NCBI GenBank assembly: GCA_017554145.1
Contig: JAFZIZ010000013.1
Span: 143,685-207,684, forward strand
DNA: 64,000 nt
Reading direction: 5' to 3'
Source: Prevotella sp.
GTDB lineage: Bacteria; Bacteroidota; Bacteroidia; Bacteroidales; Bacteroidaceae
The notes under the pieces are model-generated. The model was not told where the DNA came from. It searched no databases and worked only from the letters and a program-made list of their open reading frames with translations. Position 1 is the first letter of the stretch. Each line of letters opens with the position of its first letter. Of the stretch, positions 20,243 through 29,998 are shown piece by piece. The position numbers were made by a program, and so were the translations under genes.

Positions 20243-21702
20243 ACAACGAAATTCAAAACCTAAATCCACAGTGCATCTGGAAGAATTTCTATGCACTCAC
20301 ACAAGTACCACGTCCCAGTGGACACCTTGAGAAAATACAGCAGTTCCTGCTCGACTTCGGCAAACAGGTTGGTGTGGAAGTATTCAAAGACCCTGCTGGA
20401 AATATCGTATTCCGCAAACCTGCAAGCGCAGGAATGGAAAACCGTAAGGGTGTCATCCTGCAAGCCCACATGGATATGGTGCCTGAGCGTGACACGGAAT
20501 CGAACCATAACTTTGAGACAGACCCCATACATACTTGGATTGACAACGGATGGGTGAAGGCGAAGGGCACCACACTGGGTGCTGACAATGGTTTAGGCGT
20601 TGCAGCCATCATGTCTATCATGGAAGACAAAACCCTGAAGCATGGTCCCATTGATGCTCTCATCACTCGCGATGAAGAGACGGGTATGTTTGGTGCCAAC
20701 GAATTGCCCGAAGGTGAATTACAAGGTGACATTCTGTTGAATCTCGACTCGGAGCACTGGGGTAAGTTCGTCATTGGCTCTGCTGGTGGTATCGACATCA
20801 CTGCCACACTGGGCTATCAGGAAGTAGACACCGATTCGGAGGATGTCGCTATCCGTGTCACACTGAAAGGATTACGCAGTGGACATAGTGGACTAGAGAT
20901 TCACGAGGGCCGTGCCAATGCCAATAAACTGATGGTACGCTTCGTCCGTGAGGCTGTTGAACAATTGGACGCACGTCTTGCCTCCTGGCATGGTGGAAAG
21001 GTGCGTAATGTCATCCCATACAAAGCGGAAGTCGTGCTGACACTCCCCAAGGAGAACATCGAAGCCCTGAAGGAACTCGTGGAAGACTGGCTCAACGACT
21101 TCAATAGCCAGTACAAGGGCATAGAGACAGATATTAAGTTCTATGTCGAGGAAGTGGCAACACCAGCCAAACAGGTACCCGTGGAAATCCAGGATAACCT
21201 CATCAATGCCATCTACGCCTGTCATGACGGTGTGGTACGTATGATTCCCTCCTACCCTGATGTGGTGGAGACCTCCAGTAACCTCGCCATCATCGATATC
21301 GAAGGCGGTCAAGCAGTCATCAAGATTCTTGCACGAAGCAGTCGTGAGGACATGAAGGACTATATCGTGAAGATGCTGGAAAGTTGTTTCAATATGGCAG
21401 GCATGAAGGTAGATACCGCTGGTTCCTATGGCGGATGGGATCCCAACCCCGACTCCCCCATCCTGCATTTGCTGTTGAAAGAGTATAAGAATCTCTTCGG
21501 CAAGGACGGTATCATACAAGTCGACCATGCTGGACTGGAATGCTCTGTCATCCTCGGCAAGTACCCCCATTTGGATGTCGTCTCCTTTGGACCTACGATG
21601 AAGTCACCCCACACCACCAGTGAACGTGCCCTTATCGAGACTGTTGATCCTTTCTGGCAACTATTGAAGAAAACACTGGAAGATATACCTGTTAAAGGTT
21701 AA
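20239..21702 (+). CDS. pepD: Aminoacyl-histidine dipeptidase (M20C)
   Basis: VPRPSGH, LQAHMDMV, GTTLGADNG, DEETGM, LNLDSE, HAGLEC motifs. Confidence 0.94.
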   Translation: MNNEIQNLNPQCIWKNFYALTQVPRPSGHLEKIQQFLLDFGKQVGVEVFKDPAGNIVFRKPASAGMENRKGVILQAHMDMVPERDTESNHNFETDPIHTWIDNGWVKAKGTTLGADNGLGVAAIMSIMEDKTLKHGPIDALITRDEETGMFGANELPEGELQGDILLNLDSEHWGKFVIGSAGGIDITATLGYQEVDTDSEDVAIRVTLKGLRSGHSGLEIHEGRANANKLMVRFVREAVEQLDARLASWHGGKVRNVIPYKAEVVLTLPKENIEALKELVEDWLNDFNSQYKGIETDIKFYVEEVATPAKQVPVEIQDNLINAIYACHDGVVRMIPSYPDVVETSSNLAIIDIEGGQAVIKILARSSREDMKDYIVKMLESCFNMAGMKVDTAGSYGGWDPNPDSPILHLLLKEYKNLFGKDGIIQVDHAGLECSVILGKYPHLDVVSFGPTMKSPHTTSERALIETVDPFWQLLKKTLEDIPVKG

Positions 21703-21718
21703 TGGTTAAGGTTATAGA

Positions 21719-21767
21719 TAAAAATTTCGCAGATTCTTTGGAGTCTGCGATTTTTTTCGTACTTTTG
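21719..21767 (+). terminator. pepD terminator whose U-tract runs into the corA -7 box (TACTTTTG, 21760-21767)
   Basis: tcgcagattc-tttg-gagtctgcga followed by a T run. Confidence 0.7.
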
Positions 21768-21796
21768 CAAGCGAATAACCAAAATAGTAACAAAAA

Positions 21797-21832
21797 ATGG
21801 ACGACTACCCGGCGGATAATTTTAATTCGTAA
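21797..21832 (+). CDS. Candidate corA leader peptide MDDYPADNFNS
   Basis: ATG preceded by an A-rich tract in the corA 5' leader; alternative pairings downstream. Confidence 0.35.
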   Translation: MDDYPADNFNS

Positions 21833-21906
21833 GGCGTGAGGACAGCAGGCAAGACCGCTAATCCTCTTGCCGCTAAGACCGTTTGAAACAAAAAAGGATT
21901 AGCATT

Positions 21907-22833
21907 ATGAAGACTTATTGGAACACAACTGGTGGGCTGAACCAACTCGAGGAGTGGCAGCCTAATTGCTGGATACAAGTGACGTGTCCGACAGAGGAAG
22001 ACCGGCAGATGCTGGAGGAACAATACGAGATTCCCGACTATTTCCTCTCCGACATCAGTGACGCAGATGAGCGTGCCCGTTATGAATATGATGACGGATG
22101 GATGCTCATCATCTTGCGTATTCCCTATGTGAAGGAAGTACGCTCACGAACGCCATACACCACTGTTCCTTTGGGTATCATCCATAAACGCGATGTCACC
22201 ATCACCGTTTGCTACTACGAGACGAACATGATGATTGACTTCGTATCGTTCCAGCAGAAGCGTGGCGAGGGATTCACTGACTATGTGGACATGATCTTCC
22301 GTCTATTCCTCTCAAGTGCCGTCTGGTATCTGAAGCGTCTGAAACAGATATCCTTGCTCATCGATAAGGCAAAGCGTAACCTTGACAAAGAGGTGAACAA
22401 CGAGAGCCTCATCGGGCTTTCTCGTCTGCAAGACTCGCTCACCTACTTTAATACGTCTATCCGAGGTAACGAGACACTGCTCTCCAAACTGAAGTTCAAG
22501 CTGCAGATTGACGAGTTGGATGCCGACTTGATCGAGGATGTCAATATCGAGATGACACAGGCTCGAGAAACTACGAATATCTATTCTAACATTCTGGAGT
22601 CGACGATGGATACTTACCAGAGTATTATCAACAACAACATGAACACCATCATGCGTACACTGACCTCAGTGACCATCATCCTCATGTTGCCAACGCTCGT
22701 CGCCAGTTTCTTCGGAATGAACCTCGTAAACGGTATGGAAACGAACCCCATCGGATTCATCATTGCCATCCTACTTTCATTGGTAATTTCGGTGGCTTCG
22801 TGGTTCTTCTTCCGTCATAAGCGACTGATTTAG
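21907..22833 (+). CDS. corA: CorA family Mg2+/Co2+ transporter
   Basis: PTLVASFFGMN (GMN signature), two C-terminal TMs, NNNMNTIMRTLT. Confidence 0.93.
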   Translation: MKTYWNTTGGLNQLEEWQPNCWIQVTCPTEEDRQMLEEQYEIPDYFLSDISDADERARYEYDDGWMLIILRIPYVKEVRSRTPYTTVPLGIIHKRDVTITVCYYETNMMIDFVSFQQKRGEGFTDYVDMIFRLFLSSAVWYLKRLKQISLLIDKAKRNLDKEVNNESLIGLSRLQDSLTYFNTSIRGNETLLSKLKFKLQIDELDADLIEDVNIEMTQARETTNIYSNILESTMDTYQSIINNNMNTIMRTLTSVTIILMLPTLVASFFGMNLVNGMETNPIGFIIAILLSLVISVASWFFFRHKRLI

Positions 22834-22941
22834 CCCCTTTTTAGCAAAAAGTTTAAAAAAAATTAGGTACATTCAGAAAAATATAGTAAGTTTGTACCTT
22901 GATTTGTATGCATAAACTATATCACTCACTAAAACAATTAG

Positions 22942-24747
22942 ATGATGGACTCTCAAGAAAAAGCTCTGGAACAAGAGCAGAACGTAGAACAGAACGTGAC
23001 AGAAGTAGAGGCAGCAGCCCCAGAACCTGAGCGTAAGCAGTATCAAACAAAGAAAGAAGTGTTGGAGCGTGTGCGCGAAATCGCCCAAGGCGACGAAGCG
23101 CCCCAGAAGGAAGAGGTCGACTACCTGAAGACCATCTTTTATAAACTTCATATTGCCGAGCGCGAGGCACGTTTAAAAGAGTATATTGACGGTGGAGGCG
23201 ACCCTGAAGCCTATCAGATCCTGCCCGACCAAGACGAGGAGGCTTTCAAGGCAGAGATGGGTGTCATCAAAGAGAAGCGCCAGAAACTGTTCAAGGAGCA
23301 GGAACAGGAAAAACAAGAAAACCTGCAGAAGAAACTCGACATCATCGAAAAGATAAAGGGCATGGTTACCTCGCCTGAGGAGGCTAACAAGTCATATAAG
23401 GAATTCAAGGCTTTGCAAGAGGAATGGAAGGAGATAAAAAATGTGCCTGCCGAAAAAGCCAATGAACTATGGCGCAACTATCAACTCTATGTTGAACAGT
23501 TCTATGACCTACTGAAACTCAACAGCGAGGCACGCGAATATGACTTCAAAAAGAATCTTGAATTGAAAACTAAACTCTGTGAGGCTGCAGAGAAACTGGC
23601 TGAAGAGACAGACGTTATCAGCGCCTTCCACCAGTTGCAGAAACTCCATCAGGAATATCGTGAGACAGGACCTGTTGCCAAAGAACTCCGCGAAGAGATT
23701 TGGAACCGCTTCAAAGCTGCTTCAACAGTTATCAACAAACGTCACCAGCAACACTTCGATGAACTGCGTTCCAAGGAGGAGGATAACCTCGCCCGTAAGA
23801 CAGCCCTCTGTGAAAAGGTGGAGGCTATCGCTGCTGAAGAGAATAAAGGCAGTGGCGACTGGGAACGTCATACCAAGGAGATTATTGATATCCAGAAGGA
23901 ATGGAAAACTATCGGTTTTGCACCTCAGAAGATGAATGTGAAGATTTTCGAGCGTTTCCGTGCTGCTTGCGATGACTTCTTCGGACGTAAGGCAGAATAC
24001 TTCAAAGGCATCAAAGATACTTTTAAGGAGAACGCCGAGAAGAAACGCGCCCTCATTGAGAAGGCAAAGGCGCTACAAGACTCTACCGAGTGGAAGTCAA
24101 CCAGTGACAAACTCATCAACTTGCAGAAAGAATGGAAGACCATCGGTATGGTTCCCAAGAAACTGGGCGACCAGTTATGGGAAGAGTTCCTGGGTGCTTG
24201 CAACAAGTTCTTTGAGGCTCGTAACGCTGCTGGAGTAGGTGGACGTGGTGAAGAGCGTTTGAATCTGGAAAAGAAACGCGACGTCATCGAACGTCTGAAG
24301 GCTGCTGCCGAAGAGGCTGGTGAAGGCTTGCAGGAGAAAGTTCAAAAACTCGTAGAGGAGTATCAGAGCATCGGTCATGTTCCTTTCAAGGAGAAAGACA
24401 AGATTTATGAAGAGTATCATGCCATTGTCGATAAGCTATACAAGGAACTGAACATCACGGTGGCTAAGCGTCGCCTCAACAAGTTCAAGGATAACCTCAA
24501 ACAGGTTGCTGAACGTGGAGAGAACGCCCTTGATAACGAGCGTGCCCGTCTGATGCGTCAGTATGAGCAGTTGAAGGCAGAGGTGCAGACCTACGAGAAT
24601 AACCTCGGTTTCCTCAACGCCTCTTCTAAGAAGGGTAACTCTCTCATTGATGAAATGAACCGCAAGGTACAGAAACTCAAAGACGAGGTTCAACTGGTTC
24701 GCGACAAGATCAAGGCTATCGATGCTGAGAACAAAGAAAAAGAATAA
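22942..24747 (+). CDS. DUF349 domain coiled-coil protein
   Basis: Repeated LQ.EWK.IG.VP...LW..F..AC..FF units. Confidence 0.88.
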   Translation: MMDSQEKALEQEQNVEQNVTEVEAAAPEPERKQYQTKKEVLERVREIAQGDEAPQKEEVDYLKTIFYKLHIAEREARLKEYIDGGGDPEAYQILPDQDEEAFKAEMGVIKEKRQKLFKEQEQEKQENLQKKLDIIEKIKGMVTSPEEANKSYKEFKALQEEWKEIKNVPAEKANELWRNYQLYVEQFYDLLKLNSEAREYDFKKNLELKTKLCEAAEKLAEETDVISAFHQLQKLHQEYRETGPVAKELREEIWNRFKAASTVINKRHQQHFDELRSKEEDNLARKTALCEKVEAIAAEENKGSGDWERHTKEIIDIQKEWKTIGFAPQKMNVKIFERFRAACDDFFGRKAEYFKGIKDTFKENAEKKRALIEKAKALQDSTEWKSTSDKLINLQKEWKTIGMVPKKLGDQLWEEFLGACNKFFEARNAAGVGGRGEERLNLEKKRDVIERLKAAAEEAGEGLQEKVQKLVEEYQSIGHVPFKEKDKIYEEYHAIVDKLYKELNITVAKRRLNKFKDNLKQVAERGENALDNERARLMRQYEQLKAEVQTYENNLGFLNASSKKGNSLIDEMNRKVQKLKDEVQLVRDKIKAIDAENKEKE

Positions 24748-24763
24748 AGACTATCCCTGAGAT

Positions 24764-24801
24764 ACTAAAAAAGAGACTTCGTTTGGAAGTCTCTTTTTAG
24801 T
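24764..24801. terminator. Bidirectional terminator between the DUF349 gene and tRNA-Gln
   Basis: actaaaaaagagacttc-gtttg-gaagtctctttttagt. Confidence 0.8.
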
Positions 24802-24871
24802 TGGGGTACCCGGACTCGAACCAGGAAAGGCAGGACCAGAATCTGCAGTGTTACCATTACACCATACCCCA
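24801..24871 (-). tRNA. tRNA-Gln(CTG)
   Basis: TGGGGTA acceptor stem, TGGTGTAATGGTAACAC D-arm, GCAGA-TTCTGGT-CCTGC anticodon arm, GGTTCGAGTCC T-arm; CCA not encoded. Confidence 0.96.
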
Positions 24872-25112
24872 ATTCTCCAAATGCGGTGCAATGTCAGTGC
24901 AAACCGAATGCAGAAAACTCGCTTTCTGCTGAGGTGCAGCCTGACATCGCAGGCGGAATTAAAATTCCGGCTGCAAAGGTACTGCTTTTTTCGGAACAAG
25001 CAAAAAAAAACGGGTATTTTTTATAAAAAACCGCAAAAAAAACACTTTCATGCTCGTTTTGTCAAGAATTAGACTTATCTTTGTGGCTTAAATAACACAT
25101 TATTATATTTAA

Positions 25113-25472
25113 ATGGAACAATCAACACAATTAGTTGAAAGCATTACAAAAGGAATCCAAGAGAAGAAAGGCTCCAATATCGTGATTGCCGACTTAAAAG
25201 GCATCGACGGAGCCATCTGCCACTATTTCATTATATGTCAAGGTAATTCCCCTGCACAGGTGGAAGCCATCACTGAGTCTGTAGGTGAGTTTGCCCGTAA
25301 GGAACTGCAAGAGAAACCCACTGCTGTTGCCGGACTGGAGAACGCCCAATGGGTAGCGATGGACTATACGGACGTGATGGTACATATCTTTCTGCCCGAC
25401 TTCCGTGAGTATTATGACTTAGAGCATCTCTGGGATGATGCCACATTAACCCATATTCCCGACCTTGATTAG
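25113..25472 (+). CDS. rsfS: Ribosome silencing factor RsfS (Iojap)
   Basis: EKKG..I...DL, YFIICQG.S..QV, WVAMDY.DV.VHIF, R.YYDLE.LW. Confidence 0.95.
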   Translation: MEQSTQLVESITKGIQEKKGSNIVIADLKGIDGAICHYFIICQGNSPAQVEAITESVGEFARKELQEKPTAVAGLENAQWVAMDYTDVMVHIFLPDFREYYDLEHLWDDATLTHIPDLD

Positions 25473-25473
25473 A

Positions 25474-25513
25474 ATTGAAAGGTTGAAGAATTGAAAAATT
25501 GAAGCATTGAAGA
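25474..25513 (+). repeat. Octamer tandem array ATTGAAnn x5
   Basis: attgaaag gttgaaga attgaaaa attgaagc attgaaga fills the rsfS-ftsH gap. Confidence 0.8.
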
Positions 25514-25520
25514 TTAGACG

Positions 25521-27575
25521 ATGAATAAGAAACAAAACAATAACGACCCAAAGATGAATATGCCCAAGTTCAATATGAACTGGATCTATCTTTTGGCAAT
25601 TATCGCCTTGGGTGTTCTCTATTTCACCAATGGTAACGAGAACTCAAGCGTACAGACCACAACGCCATACAGCAATTTCAAGACATGGGTCATGAAAGGC
25701 TATGCCTCTAAGATTGTAGTCAACAAGAATTCCAATACGCTGGTGATGTATGTGAAGCCCGAGCATATCCGTGATGTGTTCCATCAGGGTGTGAAGAACA
25801 CAGGTAAAGAACCGAGTGTCTCCGTTGAGTTCGGTTCCGTTGACCAGGTAGAGCAGTTTATCAATCAGGCCCGTGAACAGAAGAAGTTCACTGGTGAACT
25901 TGCCTATGACAACCGTCGTGAGAGTGAGTTTATGAACTCGCTGATTATGAACGTGCTTTTCTTCGGAGCTATCATCTTAGTATGGATCTTCATCATGCGC
26001 CGCATGGGAGGCGGAGGCATGGGTGGCGGAGGCGGCATCTTCAGTGTCGGCAAGTCGAAGGCACAGATGTACGAGAAAGGTGCCTCTTTGGGTATCACCT
26101 TCAAGGATGTCGCTGGTCAGGCTGGTGCCAAACAAGAGATGCAGGAGATTGTGGACTTCCTGAAGAACCCACAGAAATATACGGACTTAGGTGGTAAGAT
26201 TCCCAAGGGTGCCCTGTTGGTAGGTCCTCCGGGAACAGGTAAGACGTTGCTTGCCAAGGCTGTGGCTGGTGAGGCTGGCGTACCTTTCTTCTCCATGAGT
26301 GGTTCCGACTTCGTCGAGATGTTCGTGGGTGTAGGTGCCAGTCGTGTTCGTGACCTGTTTAATCAGGCGAAGACAAAAGCCCCTTGTATCATCTTCATCG
26401 ATGAGATTGATGCCGTAGGTCGTGCCCGTTCAAAGAACCCCGCTATGGGAGGTAATGACGAGCGAGAGAATACGCTGAACGCCCTGTTGACAGAGATGGA
26501 CGGTTTCGGAACGAACAGTGGTATCATCACGCTTGCTGCCACCAACCGTGCAGATATGTTGGACTCTGCCCTTCTGCGTGCAGGACGTTTCGACCGTCAG
26601 ATACATGTAGACCTTCCCGACCTCAACGAGCGTAAGGAAGTATTCCAAGTACACCTGAAACCGTTGAAACTCGACGATAGTGTGGATGTAGACTTCCTTG
26701 CCCGTCAGACGCCTGGATTCTCTGGTGCCGATATCGCCAACGTATGTAATGAGGCTGCCCTGATTGCCGCCCGTTATAATCGTGAGAAGGTAGGCAAACA
26801 AGACTTCTTGGATGCCGTTGACCGTATCATCGGTGGACTGGAGAAGAAGACAAAGGTGATGACAGAGTCGGAGAAGCGCAGTATTGCTATCCATGAGGCT
26901 GGTCATGCTACTATCTCTTGGTTTACGGAGTTTGCCAACCCACTCGTGAAAGTGTCTATCGTACCTCGTGGACAGGCATTAGGCGCTGCCTGGTATCTGC
27001 CCGAGGAGCGTGTCCTGCAGACCAAGGAGGCGATGCTCGACGAGATGTGTTCTCTGTTAGGTGGACGTGCTGCCGAGGAACTCTTCATCGGACATATCTC
27101 TACTGGAGCCATGAACGATTTGGAGCGTACCACCAAACAGGCATACGGTATGATTGCCTATGCAGGTATGAGTGATAAGCTTCCTAATATCTGCTACTAT
27201 AACAATAATGAGTATTCCTTCCAGCGTCCTTACTCAGAAACCACTGCAAAGGTGATGGATGATGAGGTACTGAAGATGATCAATGAGCAATACGAGCGTG
27301 CGAAGCAGATACTGACAGAGCATAAGGAGGGACACGCAAAACTGGCTCAGTTGCTGATTGACCGTGAAGTCATCTTTGCCGATGATGTGGAGGAAATCTT
27401 CGGCAAGCGTCCTTGGACCAGTCGTGCCGAGGAACTCTTAGAGGCACAACAGCGTGCCGAGGCAGAGCGCATGGCAGAAGAAAGAGCCAAGGAACTGGGA
27501 TTAACCGAGAATTCTGAAAACTCAGAATCTTCAGAGTCTTCCGAGGACTCTGATAACTCCGATCATAAAGAATAA
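25521..27575 (+). CDS. ftsH: ATP-dependent zinc metalloprotease FtsH
   Basis: Two TMs, [39 protein letters not shown]. Confidence 0.97.
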   Translation: MNKKQNNNDPKMNMPKFNMNWIYLLAIIALGVLYFTNGNENSSVQTTTPYSNFKTWVMKGYASKIVVNKNSNTLVMYVKPEHIRDVFHQGVKNTGKEPSVSVEFGSVDQVEQFINQAREQKKFTGELAYDNRRESEFMNSLIMNVLFFGAIILVWIFIMRRMGGGGMGGGGGIFSVGKSKAQMYEKGASLGITFKDVAGQAGAKQEMQEIVDFLKNPQKYTDLGGKIPKGALLVGPPGTGKTLLAKAVAGEAGVPFFSMSGSDFVEMFVGVGASRVRDLFNQAKTKAPCIIFIDEIDAVGRARSKNPAMGGNDERENTLNALLTEMDGFGTNSGIITLAATNRADMLDSALLRAGRFDRQIHVDLPDLNERKEVFQVHLKPLKLDDSVDVDFLARQTPGFSGADIANVCNEAALIAARYNREKVGKQDFLDAVDRIIGGLEKKTKVMTESEKRSIAIHEAGHATISWFTEFANPLVKVSIVPRGQALGAAWYLPEERVLQTKEAMLDEMCSLLGGRAAEELFIGHISTGAMNDLERTTKQAYGMIAYAGMSDKLPNICYYNNNEYSFQRPYSETTAKVMDDEVLKMINEQYERAKQILTEHKEGHAKLAQLLIDREVIFADDVEEIFGKRPWTSRAEELLEAQQRAEAERMAEERAKELGLTENSENSESSESSEDSDNSDHKE

Positions 27576-27579
27576 GTCT

Positions 27580-28467
27580 ATGAAGAACTTTATCGTCAGA
27601 ACCATTACAGGTATCATCTTCGTGGCAGCCATCGTGGCGAGTTTCCTGCGCCCAGAGGCGATGGTGCTGCTTTTCAGCATCGTGACAGGACTGACCATCT
27701 GGGAGTTCACAGGATTAGTCAATGAGCGCCCAGGAGTGACCATCAACCGTTTCATCTCTACGGTGGCAGGTGTCTATTTCTTCTTTGCGATGACTTACTA
27801 TTGCAGCGACATCTACGGAGGAACTGCCAAGTCGGTGGTATTCATTCCCTATCTGATAACGATTATCTATCTGTTGGCGGCAGAACTATATCTCAAACAA
27901 GCCGACCCCATCAACAACTGGGCATACACGATGCTCACTCAGATGTATATCGCCCTACCCTTCTCACTGTTGAACGTGCTCGCCTTTACGACGGCACCAG
28001 AGGGCATCGTCGTCTTCAACCCCATGCTTCCCTTGTCCGTCTTCATCTTCCTTTGGATGAACGATACAGGTGCCTATTGCATCGGCTCGTTGATTGGGCG
28101 ACATAAACTCTTCCCACGTATCTCTCCCAAGAAGTCATGGGAAGGCAGCATCGGCGGTGCCATTGTCGTTCTGCTCGTAGCCTATGGCCTCAATATCTTA
28201 GACAACGGCACCTATACCTATCTCATGGATGCCGGTTTGAAGCCCTGTGGCATGCTGTCGATGGAACAATGGCTGGGACTCGGTTTGGTTGTTGTCATCT
28301 TCGGCACCTGGGGCGATTTGGTAGAGAGTCTTTTCAAGCGTGTCCTCGGCATCAAGGACAGTGGTAATATCCTGCCAGGACACGGTGGTATGCTCGACCG
28401 TTTCGATTCCTCCCTCCTCGCTATTCCTGCCGCCGTCGTTTACCTCTATACGATATCATTATTTTGA
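27580..28467 (+). CDS. cdsA: Phosphatidate cytidylyltransferase
   Basis: DTGAY, SPKKSWEG, GDLVES.FKR..GIKDSG..LPGHGG.LDRFDS. Confidence 0.95.
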   Translation: MKNFIVRTITGIIFVAAIVASFLRPEAMVLLFSIVTGLTIWEFTGLVNERPGVTINRFISTVAGVYFFFAMTYYCSDIYGGTAKSVVFIPYLITIIYLLAAELYLKQADPINNWAYTMLTQMYIALPFSLLNVLAFTTAPEGIVVFNPMLPLSVFIFLWMNDTGAYCIGSLIGRHKLFPRISPKKSWEGSIGGAIVVLLVAYGLNILDNGTYTYLMDAGLKPCGMLSMEQWLGLGLVVVIFGTWGDLVESLFKRVLGIKDSGNILPGHGGMLDRFDSSLLAIPAAVVYLYTISLF

Positions 28468-28485
28468 ATCATAAAACCTACACAA

Positions 28486-29442
28486 ATGAAGAAACTAGTA
28501 TCTATTATCCTACTAACCATTGGTTTGACGCTTTCTGCCAATGCTAAGGACCCTGTCAAGCAATACGGACAACTACAAGTCAAGGGCTCACAACTCTGCG
28601 ATAAGAAAGGCAATCCCGTCATCCTGCGAGGTGTCAGTCTCGGTTGGCACAACCTATGGCCCCGTTTCTATAACGACAAGGTTGTCAAGACGCTGAAAGA
28701 GGACTGGAACTGCAGTGTGGTACGTGCTGCTATGGGCATCATGATTGAAGACAACTATCTGGAGAATCCCGAATATGCTATGCAGTGCATGACTCCTGTC
28801 ATCGAGTCTGCCATCAAGAATAATGTCTATATCATCATCGACTGGCACTCACACATCCTCAAGACGGCAGAAGCCAAGAAGTTCTTCGGCGAGATGGCAA
28901 AGAAATACGGAAAGCATCCACATGTCATCTATGAGATATACAACGAACCCATAGAGGACACATGGGCTGACCTGAAACTATACGCGTTAGAGATTATTTC
29001 CGAGATTCGCAAATACGACCCCGACAATGTCATACTGGTTGGCTGTCCCCATTGGGATCAGGACATCCACCTCGTTGCCGAGAGTCCTTTAGTAGGTATC
29101 AAAAACATCATGTACACCGTTCATTTCTATGCCGCCACCCATGGCGACTACCTGCGTAACCGTATGGAGGCAGCCGTTCAGAAAGGCATCCCCGTCTTCA
29201 TCTCAGAGAGTGGCGCCACAGAGGCTTCTGGTGACGGAAAGATTGATGCCGAGAGTGAAGAGCAATGGATTCAGTTGTGTGAGCGTTTAGGTATCAGTTG
29301 GCTCTGCTGGTCACTCAGCGATAAGAACGAGAGTAGTTCCATGCTTCTTCCCCGTGCTACCGCCACAGGTCCTTGGGCAGACGATGTCATCAAGGTATAT
29401 GGCAAACTCGTCAAGAACCTTCTTTGGAAATACAATAAATAA
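28486..29442 (+). CDS. GH5 endoglucanase (subfamily 2-like)
   Basis: Signal peptide, IIDWH, YEIYNEP (acid/base), HFYA.TH, VFISESG (nucleophile). Confidence 0.9.
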   Translation: MKKLVSIILLTIGLTLSANAKDPVKQYGQLQVKGSQLCDKKGNPVILRGVSLGWHNLWPRFYNDKVVKTLKEDWNCSVVRAAMGIMIEDNYLENPEYAMQCMTPVIESAIKNNVYIIIDWHSHILKTAEAKKFFGEMAKKYGKHPHVIYEIYNEPIEDTWADLKLYALEIISEIRKYDPDNVILVGCPHWDQDIHLVAESPLVGIKNIMYTVHFYAATHGDYLRNRMEAAVQKGIPVFISESGATEASGDGKIDAESEEQWIQLCERLGISWLCWSLSDKNESSSMLLPRATATGPWADDVIKVYGKLVKNLLWKYNK

Positions 29443-29455
29443 GAGAAAAATAACA

Positions 29456-29486
29456 AAGCGAGGTGGCAAATTTGCCACCTCGCTTA
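29456..29486. terminator. Bidirectional terminator
   Basis: aagcgaggtggcaaatttgccacctcgctt perfect palindrome between convergent genes. Confidence 0.8.
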
Positions 29487-29503
29487 TCGTTTTTGCTTAT
29501 TGT

Positions 29504-29998
29504 TTAATCTTTCGTTTCGACTTGTGAACGCCAAGGGTCGAAGAAGCGTTCTATCATCGCATAGGCAGACATTGCCTCAGGCTTGATTTCATGACCACTC
29601 CATCTTACATCAACCTTAGTGACATTACCTTCAAAAAGATACTCTTGATAGATGCGATAAGTGGTTCCCCCCTCCAACATCTCGTCGTGGTTATAGCCAT
29701 TCAGTTTATAGACCTGTTCCTTTTCCAACATCTGCTGCATCTTCTCTACTTCTGCGGCAGTAACTGGAAAGGTCTTCTTGACAGCATCCTTATAGTGGCA
29801 GTTATTATACAGGCTGACCACTACCTTAGGCTCTTCTCCTTCATCGGCTATCAGTTCACAATAGTCTTTACCAAGACCAGCATGGTGGTCGGCGGCATAA
29901 CTGCAATAAATCAGTTTTCCTTTCGGGGCTTCTTGTGAGAAACTGTTCATAGCCATCAACAATGCACTAATCAGGATAACGATTCTACCTATGTTCAT
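29504..29998 (-). CDS. Hypothetical exported protein
   Basis: Signal peptide, 164 aa; ATGA overlap with the uraA stop. Confidence 0.75.
   Translation of the reverse strand: MNIGRIVILISALLMAMNSFSQEAPKGKLIYCSYAADHHAGLGKDYCELIADEGEEPKVVVSLYNNCHYKDAVKKTFPVTAAEVEKMQQMLEKEQVYKLNGYNHDEMLEGGTTYRIYQEYLFEGNVTKVDVRWSGHEIKPEAMSAYAMIERFFDPWRSQVETKD

Noticed and set aside
24751-25072. Small ORFs overlapping tRNA-Gln
   Set aside because: Spurious translations of the tRNA and its leader.
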